Source: Tubiluchus corallicola (lineage: Eukaryota > Animalia > Priapulida). From it: a stretch of 64,000 nucleotides of DNA. The translations under genes and the position numbers were made by a program. The notes below the pieces were generated by a model, which saw only the letters and a program-made list of their open reading frames with translations, ran no database searches and had not been told where the DNA came from. Shown piece by piece: positions 1 through 11,876 of the stretch. How positions within the stretch are numbered: the stretch's first letter is position 1; every line of letters begins with the position of its first letter. Where the stretch lies: positions 1 through 64,000 of the forward strand of contig JAQGDQ010000023.1 of assembly GCA_030141605.1 (NCBI GenBank), in the 5' to 3' direction.

Positions 1-9
1 TGTTGCACA

Positions 10-620
10 ACATTGTCTGTTCCTGTTTGTTTGTTTGTTTCGTTTTTTCCAAACGCCAGCAATATTGTCTGTGTTTGGGCTTTCAAAACCAAATAGAAAT
101 TCGAAACCTCGATTAAATTTTGCCCTTTCTTTGCTTTTTATTACCCAAAACATGTCATTCCATCTACACATAAGAAATTAGTGCCAAAAAATAACAAATA
201 AACAAATAACAAAAAATAATAATAGCCAAAAGTCAGTTTTACATAATTAAGAGTTATACACTGCACTGTCGTATTAATTAATACCTAGCTGTTATTTTAA
301 ACTAAATTTAAGTTTTTTAAAGTAATTAGAGGATATACATACGTTATTAGCGCAAATCATGAGCAATTGTAAATAGATAACGACAAGATCTTATTAACTT
401 ATCATGACACATCTTCACTTCACAGTAGGCCTGTGACCCAGATCAAATTGATCACGTGATTAGGCCAAAAATCGCCACAAGGTGGCCAAAGACGCAACAA
501 GCGAAGGCTAATGCAAGATTTCCAGTACAGCTGTTTCTGTTTGTTTGTTTGTTTTCGTTTTCCAAACGCCAACAATATTGTCTGTTTCCGTTTGTTGTTG
601 TTTCGTTTTTCCAAACGCCA
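10..620. repeat. Copies of a ~48-bp repeat unit at about 10-70 and 530-620
   Basis: aatattgtctgtttccgtttgttgttgtttcgtttttccaaacgcc recurs in partial and tandem copies. Confidence 0.6.
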
Positions 621-1139
621 AAATACCCGCCATTACAGACAAAACTACAGAAAATGGTCAAACCGTGACAACTCTGACACAAAAGAGAAAAGAAAGCCAA
701 GTCGATTTATACAGGCACTTCAAAGCATTTATTATTAAAAACAACTTTTGTTAAAAAACTTCAATTTCCAACTGATCGTGTGCGTCTGGCCATAAAGCTG
801 ATTTTAATAATTTTAGCATTGTGACCAGAGCTACAAATAATTTGGACTTAAGAAGTTTGTCTATGTATCCTAATAAGTCTTGTCTTAATGTGCAAAGTAG
901 TTCAATTCCATTAATTTTATTTTTAAGCACTTGTTTGTTGTTACTGTATCTATTTGTTTTCTCCAGGTCTGTTTATTCATTACTTTGGCTTCTTTGTAAA
1001 TACATAATTAGTGCATTATTTACTGTAGACTCTGCATATGCAAACTGGCTGTTGTTTGATTGGTCGTGTTTTCTTAAACAATTGTAAATTATAGTTTTTA
1101 TGTTTAACTTATGTTTTTTTAATAATAGGAAAAAGAAAT

Positions 1140-1703
1140 AATAGAGTTAATTCCTGTATTTACAACACCATTAGATACATCAGTCAGTAAATATGACAGA
1201 TTTATAGAAACAAGTGCGTTGGCTCTTCTACTTGGAAGAGGTTGCAAATCATTTAAATACAGGATAGGTACAACTGATTCAGATCTGTGTGTTTGTGGTT
1301 TGGGCAGTCAAACCCCAGAACATTTAATTTTTCATTGTCCGTTACCATTGGTTAGACAAGATGTAAGAGTAAATCTCGAACGCAGCTTAGAAAATAATGA
1401 CATTCGAAACATTTACAGAAAGAGAGACACTAATGTAATTAAAATGTATATAGATAATGTAAAAGAACTAACCCAAAATGATCTTATCATAAATTGATTA
1501 TACATTGATTATAAATATTGGATATATATTTAGAATAAGTAAATCGTAATGCAAAATTGTCAGCTTGTTTAGTAAGAAATTTATTTAATGTACATAGTGT
1601 AAAGACATATTTAACATTTTTGTACTTTTGTGCCCTGCAAATAGAGGGCTTCTTGTATAATTTTCAATAAAGATTTTTTAATAATAATAATAATAATAAA
1701 AAT
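1140..1703 (+). mobile_element. 3' end of a non-LTR retrotransposon (ORF2 C-terminal CCHC knuckle)
   Basis: CVCGLGSQTPEHLIFHCP in ORF 1219-1497, followed by AATAAA (~1666) and an (AAT)n tail at 1680-1700. Confidence 0.7.
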
Positions 1704-3489
1704 AGGAACGAAGAAATTATGATAATTAGATGAGTAAGAGGGCCCACGGAAGTGACCTGGTTCATGTACCTCCTACATCAAGTCTTATCATGTAAACTTT
1801 TACACAAGCTCACTCAAGATTTACCCTAAAACGTCACACTTTAGATTAAGTACGTAGTTTCCCCAGATATATTAATTATTCCAAATAATAGACAGAAAAA
1901 GATTTCCGGTTCTAGCTAGGTCAAGTATTTTAAAATGTCATATCCATTCAGCCTTAGTAATCATATAATTTCCTATTATTCAAATTAGGTAGATGACCTA
2001 GGTTTACGTATATGTATACCAAAATCTAAGCAGATCCTAAAGATATATAAATGAGCTATTTTAGATACTGACTGAATTTAATATGAACCGAAAACCGAGA
2101 GCATTATGATGGTGATAATAAAATTCATAATAACTAATCAAAGGGGCATGATGGAACAGCACAGTTCATAGCCATCTAAAACTTGTTTCGAGTAGTACCT
2201 GTACTAGGAAGTTCATGTTTTTAACACTATTGCTTTGTTTGTTAACACTAATTCACCGATGTCCACGGAACTCTGCAAGGTTGTGGCACAGGATAAGGAG
2301 GACTGCTTTCAATTTTGACTGATTAAAAGAACAGCGAAAGAAAATCAATTTGTGCTGATAGAGTTGTATGGAAAAATTCATAATACCGCACTGCAGAAAA
2401 ATTGCAAAAAACAAGAATGCAAATCATTAACAACATCAGGATAATCAGCGATATCATAAGACTCATAACCTAAGTGCTAATGAGGGCCATCCTAATTTAA
2501 AATAAAATTAAGAAAAGGCAGTCATCATATGCTAATTCTTATGGCTTGCACAAAGCTCGAACAAAATAACACTGGTACTATCTTTAAAATTAAATTTAAA
2601 ATTAAAATTGGTAATGTACTTACCACGACCAATTTGCGAAGCCACTACAAAACTGTTCAGTTCCTCCAAAAGAGCTGAAAAAAATCATCAAAAAAATATA
2701 GCATTTAAACTTAGTATATTTTTGATAATAGCCTACCTGGAAAGAGAATATTTTAAAAAAGACAAGAAGCTGTTGCTACTTTAGTGTTCAGTCATTTCAC
2801 AAAGTAAAGACAGGAGACATGATTAGATGTTTCAAAATAACTGTGCTCAGTCAGAAACTTATTCAAACAACAGTTTCCAACACTATTTTTTTAATAACTG
2901 TTTCCATTGCCTAAGGACATGTCTCACAGAAAAGTTCAAGAAAATATTTTTAGTTATAGTTTCCACAATTTAGCATGAGCACAAACCTCAGAATTATATC
3001 ACGGAAAGATATTACATTTAAGGATGCCTGCTAGCAAAATCCATCCACCAAAGCAGCTTCAACAGTTTTGCACTACCCAACATGCAAAGGAAAGGCATTA
3101 TGTAGCCATTTAATTATCTAGGCATTATTAGACATTTAATTATGAACTTGCAGAGTTAAGTGGTCACAAGAAAAATGCTGACACAACAATTCTGACACAC
3201 CAAAAATTTTATGTTATTGCGGATTGTGGAAAATTACGTGCATTTCACTAATCACTGCTGCTGAATGAAAACATTACAGCTTACTGTTACAAGTAATTTC
3301 CTGTTATTAGTAATGTTTACTAATTAAAACAGCTGTTACTTTACTCAGTTATGATTATGACACTCTTTTAACTATTTAACAAAGTGAGTTCCAACTGCTC
3401 GAATAAGCACTTATTTCTTATCACAATTGAAGTGCATCCCAAAAATCTGTCACTCCCATCCCGATAAGTAACGACTTAAGCAAGCGAGA

Positions 3490-3586
3490 TTTCAGAAAAA
3501 TCACCTTGAAAATTATATTGCTTTATAGCAATTTTAAGTGCATATTGCTATAAAGCAATATAATTTTCAAGGTGATTTTTCTGAAA
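3490..3586. repeat. Perfect 43-bp inverted repeat with an 11-nt loop
   Basis: 3490-3532 (tttcagaaaaatcaccttgaaaattatattgctttatagcaat) is the exact reverse complement of 3544-3586. Confidence 0.92.
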
Positions 3587-4509
3587 CAGTCAAAACGGGA
3601 GTTTAAATTTAGATGTTTTATACAGCGTTACTGCCGACACAAGCCCTATATGCAAAAAAGCAGTGTGTAAGTGGCATAAAACTTCAAAACGAATTTTTTA
3701 AGCTTTATGTAAGTGCAGGGTTTGCTTGTGTTTTAAGTAATTTACATGTCGCCTTATTTCAATATAGTCGAAACAAGAATCAATGTTATAAGTTAATAAA
3801 AACAAAATGGTATGATGACTAATAATTTACGAAAATTAATGTATACAGTGTTGATTGGTTAAATGGTTGCAAAAGAAATGCAAGTTATCGAAGTCAACCA
3901 CCCTATTAGGTATGTTGCTACATGTAAGTAGTTAACTGTTCAATTGTCAATAAATATTCCTTTAATTACTACAGTTGAATTTTTCTATACAAAATTCATT
4001 GATTTACTTACAAGCCTGAAATAATTTACTTGAAATTTACAAAATTGGACAATATGAAATTAGAACATTCAATCACGATTTAAGTCCTAAATAATCACCA
4101 GTGGTGAGGGCATTTACAGTGGTGAAAGCAGTTACAGTGGTGAAGCCAGCAATATTGTTACACATTAAAATTTGGAAGACTCAGTCACTATTGAGAATGT
4201 ATAATACTATGTGCGTGAATGTGTTAGGCACCTATTATTTTTCATTGCCAACTAGACAATTGCATACAGTTTAGTTAATTTTGTTTACTGGACTATTAAT
4301 CACTGATATTAGTATCTGTAATATTTTTGTTTACATATTTCTGTACTTGGAATCTGCGTGTCTGTATATTGGTACAGTTGCCGCATATAGTACATATATG
4401 TCATTGCATATATGCCATAGCACTATAGTTAAGCAATCGTAAGTCAGAGATACAGGATGGGTGACCATGAATAAGAACCTGCATTGCAGGCAAATCATAA
4501 TGTGATATA

Positions 4510-4830
4510 TAATGACCTAGTAGGTATCAAACCACCTGTTTTTCAGTGGGATGCAACACATTTGCCCAAAGATTTCAAAGCTTTTAAACGCTATTGCGAG
4601 TTGATGCTAACTACTCTGACTTACAGTAAAAAAGCAATATCGTGAAATTGTCAATTATATATTATTGTGGATGGGCCCACAGGCGGTTGAGATATTTAAC
4701 AACCTTACTCTAACACAATTACAACGTGATAACCTCACTGATGTGTGGACTGCTTTCAAGCATATTTTGAACACAAGACAAATTTTAGGCTAGCTCGTTT
4801 CAAACTGTGAGACCTCAAACAGGAGCCACA
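4510..4830 (+). pseudogene. Decayed Ty3/gypsy-type gag fragment
   Basis: Frameshifted translation GIKPPVFQWDATHLPKDFKAFKRYCELML..EIVNYILLWMGPQAVEIFNNL..AYFEHKTNFRLARFKL*DLKQEP resembles the N-terminus of an invertebrate gypsy Gag. Confidence 0.7.
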
Positions 4831-5370
4831 CGCACAGATCCTAATATTTTTCATGAATAAAATGGAGTTGCATGAGTAAAAAATACATGATTCTCTTTCT
4901 TGTTCATGCATGGTACAAAGAGTTTGGTCCTTGCTTTTCCTTGCACTAATCTATTTTTTCGCTCCTTTCAGTTACACAATGTCTTTTGTCATTATCTCTC
5001 TCAGTTAAATGTTCTAAAGATGTCTAAATGACGATGTAGTATTTTAATTACATTTCTTTATTATAGTACATGTAATAATTTTATGATCTGGAATTTGGAA
5101 CCAATACTATAATTACAATAAAATAATGAAAGCCTAATAATCCTATTCCTTTCCCAAGAAATGTTCCAGAAAATTTTTTCGAGTTTACGGCACAGCAATT
5201 TCTATATTCTGCATGTCTGTTTTCAGAAATGGGATGGGTTGCTTTTAAAAAGAGCTTTACCGTGTTTCATTTGATAAAACTACACAAATTTCAAATATTT
5301 TCATTATAACAGCAATCATTAATTTAGTTTTAAAAACCACATTTGCTTAGCTGTTTCAAGCCTGGTACGA

Positions 5371-5530
5371 CAATCCGTATTTTTTCGTCAATACCTTTCG
5401 CAACACAGCAATCCGTATTTTCTAGTCAATATCTTTCCCAGTATGGATTGATCCGTATTTTCTAGTGAATGCTATCGAGACACGGATCCGTATTTTCAGT
5501 TGCTGCAGTTCCGGATCCGTACCTCTAGTG
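5371..5530. repeat. Five spaced copies of ATCCGTATTTT(CTAGTCAAT) with a ~30-40 bp period
   Basis: Copies start near 5373, 5411, 5451, 5486 and 5515, with divergent intervening sequence. Confidence 0.75.
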
Positions 5531-6269
5531 ACTGCCAATATTTATTTGGTCATTGTGTGATTAGTTCATCTAATCGTCTCCCAAGCAATGTAACAGCTTC
5601 AGAGAACACAAGTAAATTTAAAAGTGCAATGAGAGGTGCACGCTCAATGCTAACCATAGGCTATAGCGTCACTAAAACATTCAATGCCATGCTATCCGGT
5701 GACGAAAGCAAAGTATAGCATTCGACAAGCAACATATTTGATAGATAGATAAATAATTTTATTTGTCTCTTGTAATTCACGCAAAAATAATTACACAGCA
5801 AAAATAGATTGTCAGTATTAGAGAAAGGGTGGCAAAAAAACCCTAGAGGCTAGCAAATCAAATCAGCCACCCTTTTAATTAAAATTGTAACAAGAATATC
5901 TAGCGACGAATATTTGAAAAAAATTACAGGATTTTCTACCCAGTAAAAAAGATTGCTGACGTGTCAACATTTGAAATGAAATACTTACCTCAATTAAAAC
6001 TAATTTTCTAAAAGTAAAATAACACAATGATGATTGCAAAACTTTCCAATTACAGATTCCAACCTTGGGGATCAAAGAAAGAAAGAACGCCACCGCAAAA
6101 AAGCTAAATTTGAAAAAGCATTGCATGTTTGAATTGGTTGGGTGAAGCAAATTAAAGGAAAGGACAAATCACTTTGCATAGTGGGTTTATTTTACTGTTA
6201 TCACTTAAATTAGGAAAATAATAATTATAACAAACAAGTTTGCAAGAAAATGTGTATAAAGTTATTAAA

Positions 6270-7112
6270 ACATTTTTCAATGTCCCCAAACATCATATAC
6301 AGTTCGTTATTTAGCTTCTTATTATAGTCCAGAACAGCCCCCAATGTAAATAGATGGTTGGAAGTGCTCCTTTTTCTGAACCTCCACACTGATATACCCC
6401 CTACATTTTGTTCAAATCTTTCGATTATTCTGTTCTTTTTTACTTTTTTAAATACTTTACGAATTATATTAGTTATGAAAATTCTCTGCTATTTTTTAAA
6501 TCCAGCTTGTTACCATATATTGGCTTGATTTTCATGATCTTCCATACATCAAGTATTTTTTTATCTATCACAAGTCTATTAAACATGCTAACTGAGTTGT
6601 ATTTAAAATCATCTCCTTCTGCTTTTACCATTTCATTTTTCCACCTTTACCTATCCTGCGATTTGCAATTTTTTATTTGCTTAATAGCTATTATAGTTTG
6701 AGTTTGATTTTGTTTGATATAATTTTTTGCTATAAGTTAAATTCCGTTTTTGCTTTGCTTGTGATAACTTCTTTTTACCTTGAGTTAAATTGCATTTTGC
6801 TTCTCATAATCCTTTTATTATTTGATCATTTTTGCTTACCTTGAAGAATTTAGTTTGCTTTTTTGCTTTTATTTGACATGAGATATGTTTATTGAATTTT
6901 TGTATTGCATCTTTACATTACTGTATCTGTTTTACCCTAAATTTATGCATATAGTGTAACTATTGTTATTATTCACAATCTAACCTCGTATTCAATTCTC
7001 AAGAATTTCTCACTTACTATTTTTCCGCCCTGTAAAAATTTGACTAGATCAAATATACATTTCTGCTACTTAGTACTTAATTTAATACCAAATCTATTTT
7101 TAATACTATAAT

Positions 7113-7166
<54 letters not shown>

Positions 7167-7740
7167 CTAAAAAATGTCATGAGCCTGTAAGTAAATTTGC
7201 ATTTTTAATGAGGGGCAGTTGATCAAGTGACCAATTGGTCTTTCGCTGCTCCTTCTCAGTTGCAATGAAATGTAAAAATAATTATGTCGAATTTTAACTG
7301 CTATTGAGAAAAAAATTGAATTGAATTGAATTTAGTCACTTGACGTACATGGTTTATATTTGCTAGTGTCTCTATACTCTTATACATGACATGTATCATT
7401 TCTTCTACTTTTAAATCCTCTTGGTTTTTTCCTTGTGCTGGAGTCAAAAGTTCTAAATAGTATTTTGCATATTCATCTTGCTACTTATGATTTCACTGGG
7501 TCTATCCTTTTTTTAAATTCCCAAAAAGGATCATGATCTAATTTATTTCTTTTAATCATCCTTTTAATTGCATTGTTAATTTTTGCTCTTCTGGTTTCCT
7601 GCTGTTGGATTATAATTAATTCGTCAATCAACTCTATTCTCAATCTGTTAATTTCGCCTTTCGTTTCATTTTGTTGTGTGTCCAATTCTTCTGATTTTTC
7701 CTTTTTTCCTTCATTAATTTTCGAACTATTTTTCCTATAC
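6270..7740 (-). pseudogene. Decayed LINE ORF2 (reverse transcriptase) fragments, interrupted
   Basis: Minus-strand translation gives RSTSNHLFTLGAVLDYNKKLNNELYMMFGDIEKCF (early RT motifs) and PFWEFKKRI...YAKYYLELLTP (region upstream of RT). Interrupted by (TA)n and another LINE tail. Confidence 0.65.
7116..7163. repeat. (TA)n microsatellite
   Basis: Uninterrupted TA run. Confidence 0.95.
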
Positions 7741-8069
7741 GTAACTAGTGGATGTAGCTGGTTTTTGAACTGCAGACCACAGTTTCAACGTTATCTTTAT
7801 TGCCTACTAGGCAGTCAGCAGTCGCCATTTTTAATGCTAGTTGTTGACTTCAGCGATTTGATTAATTAATTCGACGGTTTTGCCTCATCAGTCGTCAGTG
7901 AATGATTTTGTTAGGAAGTAAGAAAATCACTTAGAAATACTTCACAGTCATGCAAAATTTTACATGTTTTTTTATGATTAAGAGTTTGCTGCTGCAGTTC
8001 TTTATCATTGTTCTTACCTTACCTTATGTTGTTTTGGCAAAGTAATATTCTAACCAAATCTTGTATATA

Positions 8070-8800
8070 TGTTCGTATCCGTATCCTCAAAGAAGGCTTT
8101 GTAATTGTAGACTATCTTTTTCCCAGCCCAGTGCTTGTCCAACCTTCTCTTAAATACATCTACACTTGATGCGCATACCACATCGTTGGATAAACTATTC
8201 CCTGCATCTGCAATTCTGTTCTAATAACTTTAATGAATGGCCTCTGGTGATCGATCTGGCCACCTGCGATTTCAGTTGCAACTGTGGGCTTACGGCTTTA
8301 TCATATAATATATATCTAACCAAATTTTTTTCAACTCATTATTGTATTTTTATAATCTTTCATTTAAAAAGCTGGTACAGATACCTACTACTTTTAGGTC
8401 ATTTTTCTTTTTCCATTGCTAAGTTATACAATTTTTATGTAACTGTGACGTTAGTATCAGTATACCGTATTTTAACATTTGTTTATGAAAATAACTTTGC
8501 GCACTGCCGGTTTATGTAGTAACTAGTATTTAACATGTATTGCTTTGCCAGTGTACATTGTATGTATTTGTGCAAATAAAACTGAATTGAATTTAATAAA
8601 ATATCATATCGAAATTCAAATTTTGGTATAGAGGAAAACACTCTATTTTCGAAAATCAGCCGTATCTCTATTATTGATATCCGACCAAATGATGAATTTT
8701 GATCCATCACCTCACATATATTCATTAAGGTCTTATAAGCCTCTATCATGTCACCGCTCTGTCTCTTGTAAGCTGGTGTTGACAGTTTAAGTAATTTAAC
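8070..8800 (-). pseudogene. CR1-type LINE ORF2 C-terminal fragment, split by an insertion
   Basis: GDMIEAYKTL (~8750) and ASSVDVFKRRLDKHW (~8130-8175) are typical CR1 C-terminal motifs. Confidence 0.7.
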
Positions 8801-8989
8801 TGGTCAGTGTACTATAATTCTTATATCACTAATAAGAATACGATATATAATACGATAAGTGACTAAGCTTTCTTGTCACATATCTTTGTACTTGTTCCAG
8901 CTGATCTATATATTTGACCATTGGTGGGTGCCATACTGAGCTTGAAAACTCATCTTGCTTCTGGTCCTAATGATAATGCTTTACATATC

Positions 8990-10270
8990 CTTCCAGTTGG
9001 AATGCTGATTTTCTGAATGCCATTAATTTCACTATTAACAATGTACATGCTAAGCTTATTAACTTAACACCATTTAAGGCTACAGGACCCGCTATAGTTC
9101 ATAACTTTATTTTGAAGTCCTGTGCTCTTCAGATTGCTTCCTCTTTCTTTTGTTCCCTAAAAGCTCTTGATTCTGGAGTCCTTCCCAATGCTGGCTTAAG
9201 TATAATGTTAACCTCATCCCTAAACAGTCAAATGCATGTCCTTCGTGCATTGGTCTTCGCCCGTTTTCAATAACTCATCTGAACATTTGAAGTATGAAAA
9301 ATATTGATGATTTTTCCACATATCTAAACATCCTTGGTTTAGGCTTTTCAGTCATTGCATTTTTTGAGACCTGGCTTTATGATAATCTTGATTGTGCATT
9401 TCACCTCCCTGGATATAAATTTTTATCTAATAATAGGAAAATTTATAAAACTGGAAGTGGTGTGGCTTTGTTTATATGTAACGATTTACCATTTATCCAG
9501 CTTTAACAAAGATTTAACAATGTCTGATGAGAATGTTGAAACAATATTTGTGGAAATGTTGCGTAATAATGAAAACATTGTAGTTAGTTCAGTTTATCAT
9601 CCAGCGGGCGAAAGCAGTCAGTTTGAATTGCATAAGGGATATTCAATAGCATTAGCAATAATTAAAATTTGTGAACAGATTGTAACCACTATTGAAAATA
9701 ACACTGTAGCGGCAGGCATTATCTGTGACCTATTGAAAGCATTCGATACTATAGACCACTCAATTCTTCTTCACAAATTAACTCATTATGGAATCTGAGA
9801 CATAACCAGTAATTGGTTTGTCAGTTACTTAATCAGTCATACTCAACAAGTAAGATGTAGTTATTGTTTGTCTGGTAAACAAATTATGAAATGTGCCATT
9901 CTTCAGAGTTCCATATTGGGACCCCTGTTCTTCTTTTACATAAATGATCTAAGTAATTTATTACATAACTCGAACTTATTTCAGTTTGCTGATGATACAA
10001 CTCTATTTTTTAATCTCTCTTCTTACTTTATAGAACTGATAAATGAGATGCTACCTGTAACGGTAGATTGGTTCAGATCTAACAGAGTATCTCTTAACCC
10101 CAACAAAACAAAATGCATGATTTTTTATAACGAAAAAAACAAAAAACTTCCAAATGATGTAAATATGTATACTGATGGATCTTTGATTGAGCGTGTAAAT
10201 ACTTTTAAATTTTTGGGAATTGTCCTTCATGAAAACTTAGATTGGAAGCCTCACATAACATTGGAATAAT
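8990..10270 (+). pseudogene. Decayed L2/CR1-group LINE endonuclease and RT, internally deleted
   Basis: FSVIAFFETWL and GSGVALFI (APE domain); ICDLLKAFDTIDHSILLHKLTHYGI, QSSILGPLFFFYINDL, QFADDT, SLNPNKTKCM and FKFLGI (RT); several frameshifts and stops. Confidence 0.9.
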
Positions 10271-11876
10271 TTCATTTATCGAAAACAGACTATGAAAATT
10301 TCATTTAATATTTTACATATTACATTAATTTTGCCTTACTTAACTATTTCGAAACAATTATATTTTACTTTTAGAAGATTTAGTTTCGTTTAACCTCTCT
10401 ACATATATGTACAAAACACATTTCGGTTTATTTGAAACTACTTTTATTAATCTAGTGTTAAGTAATCAATCGGAATATGGCAAACATTTTAATGAGTATC
10501 TTATTGTAGTAGAACAAATCTTGGTAGACATTTTCTTAAATTCACAGCCCCTTTACAATGGAACAATATTCCTCCAAACATTAAAAGTACTTAGCAAATT
10601 TATAAATATTTTTAAAAAAATCTTTCAAACGTCATATGTTCCTGTCTTATGTCTAATAGTGAATAATTCACTTGGCTGGTGAATGCCTGGCTCGCATCGG
10701 TTGTATAGCATCCGCCGATGATTTCTTAATAAAAATCAATTGCAGCTAATCTGAACATGGTCATTGATTTCTTATTTTATGTTTTCTTTTAACTTCTTTC
10801 CTTTCGTTTTCTTTCTACTAACACAACATAGCTTTTCTTTATTCTTCTTTTCTCTCATCATCATTCTTTATTTCACATTTCATGGTGGTTTAACAAGGAT
10901 CTCGTTTTTAGCTACCATGCTGCAGACTTTTACTTTAATATAGTATGTTTAGGGAGTAAGAAATTATTATTTTTTGTTTTTTCTGTTATACAAAAAAGTT
11001 CTACATGTATATTTGTATTATTGTAGTTTGTTTCTTAGCTGGTGAAATAAACTGAATTTGAATTTGAAAAAAAATATTGAATTTATCTTTGTCGTCAGTA
11101 GTTGTCAAATGCTTTAGCAGCCACTGGAATCCTTTTTAACATACATATGTGTTTTTATGTGCAATTGTACAATTTTGTAGCATCATAAATGCGTTTATGT
11201 TGTCTGTATTGCCTTATATTATAATATTCCCATATAATATAATAATAAGTTGCATTGTGCCTGCTGTTATGTATTTGTCAATTTTTGTTTCACTGAAATT
11301 ACATGTTTCTCCACCCATGCTAGACTACAAACAGACTCAAGTTTAGACTGTATGATCCATAAGCTTTAGAATTGGTGCTACAAACCAAAATTATTATACG
11401 TAGTTTGCTCAGGCATACATAAATAAGTTTAGCAGTTATGATAATGACATGGGTGTCTTTTCACATGTTAAACTAGCCGCTCTACGGGTATTGTACTTCA
11501 TTACTAGATTTGCCATAGTTTTAGTGACAGGCAATAGTGGAATTATCTCTAAAATGAAAATACAAAGTCCAAACAACACCTAGAGAAGTTCTAGCAGTTA
11601 TAAGGAATACAAGAATGCGTTGAACACTCTGATTAAGCTCACCTAGACACCCTGTCATCACTGGACTCCGGTTTCACCGACTTTCTCAGATACCCCAACG
11701 TCATCACCAAGAGATTTTGGTGAAACCACCTTTAGAATGAAAATATAAGGCCAAATTCCATCTGCATCAAATTTGACCCTTTTATCATAAAAGGAACAAT
11801 TCTTTTGTATTTCGCCAATAACTAGTGCACTAATTGATTTATTTTGTTAATATCATTACAGGTTAAAGTGTAAGCT

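Noticed and set aside
420-754. Cluster of overlapping short ORFs
   Set aside because: Produced by low-complexity GTTT repeats; no recognisable protein motif.
5371-5530. CRISPR array
   Set aside because: Repeats are short and degenerate, spacing is irregular, there are no cas genes, and the context is eukaryotic.
9523-9545. CTGATGA...GAAAC hammerhead-like string
   Set aside because: No convincing stems; it lies in LINE endonuclease coding sequence.
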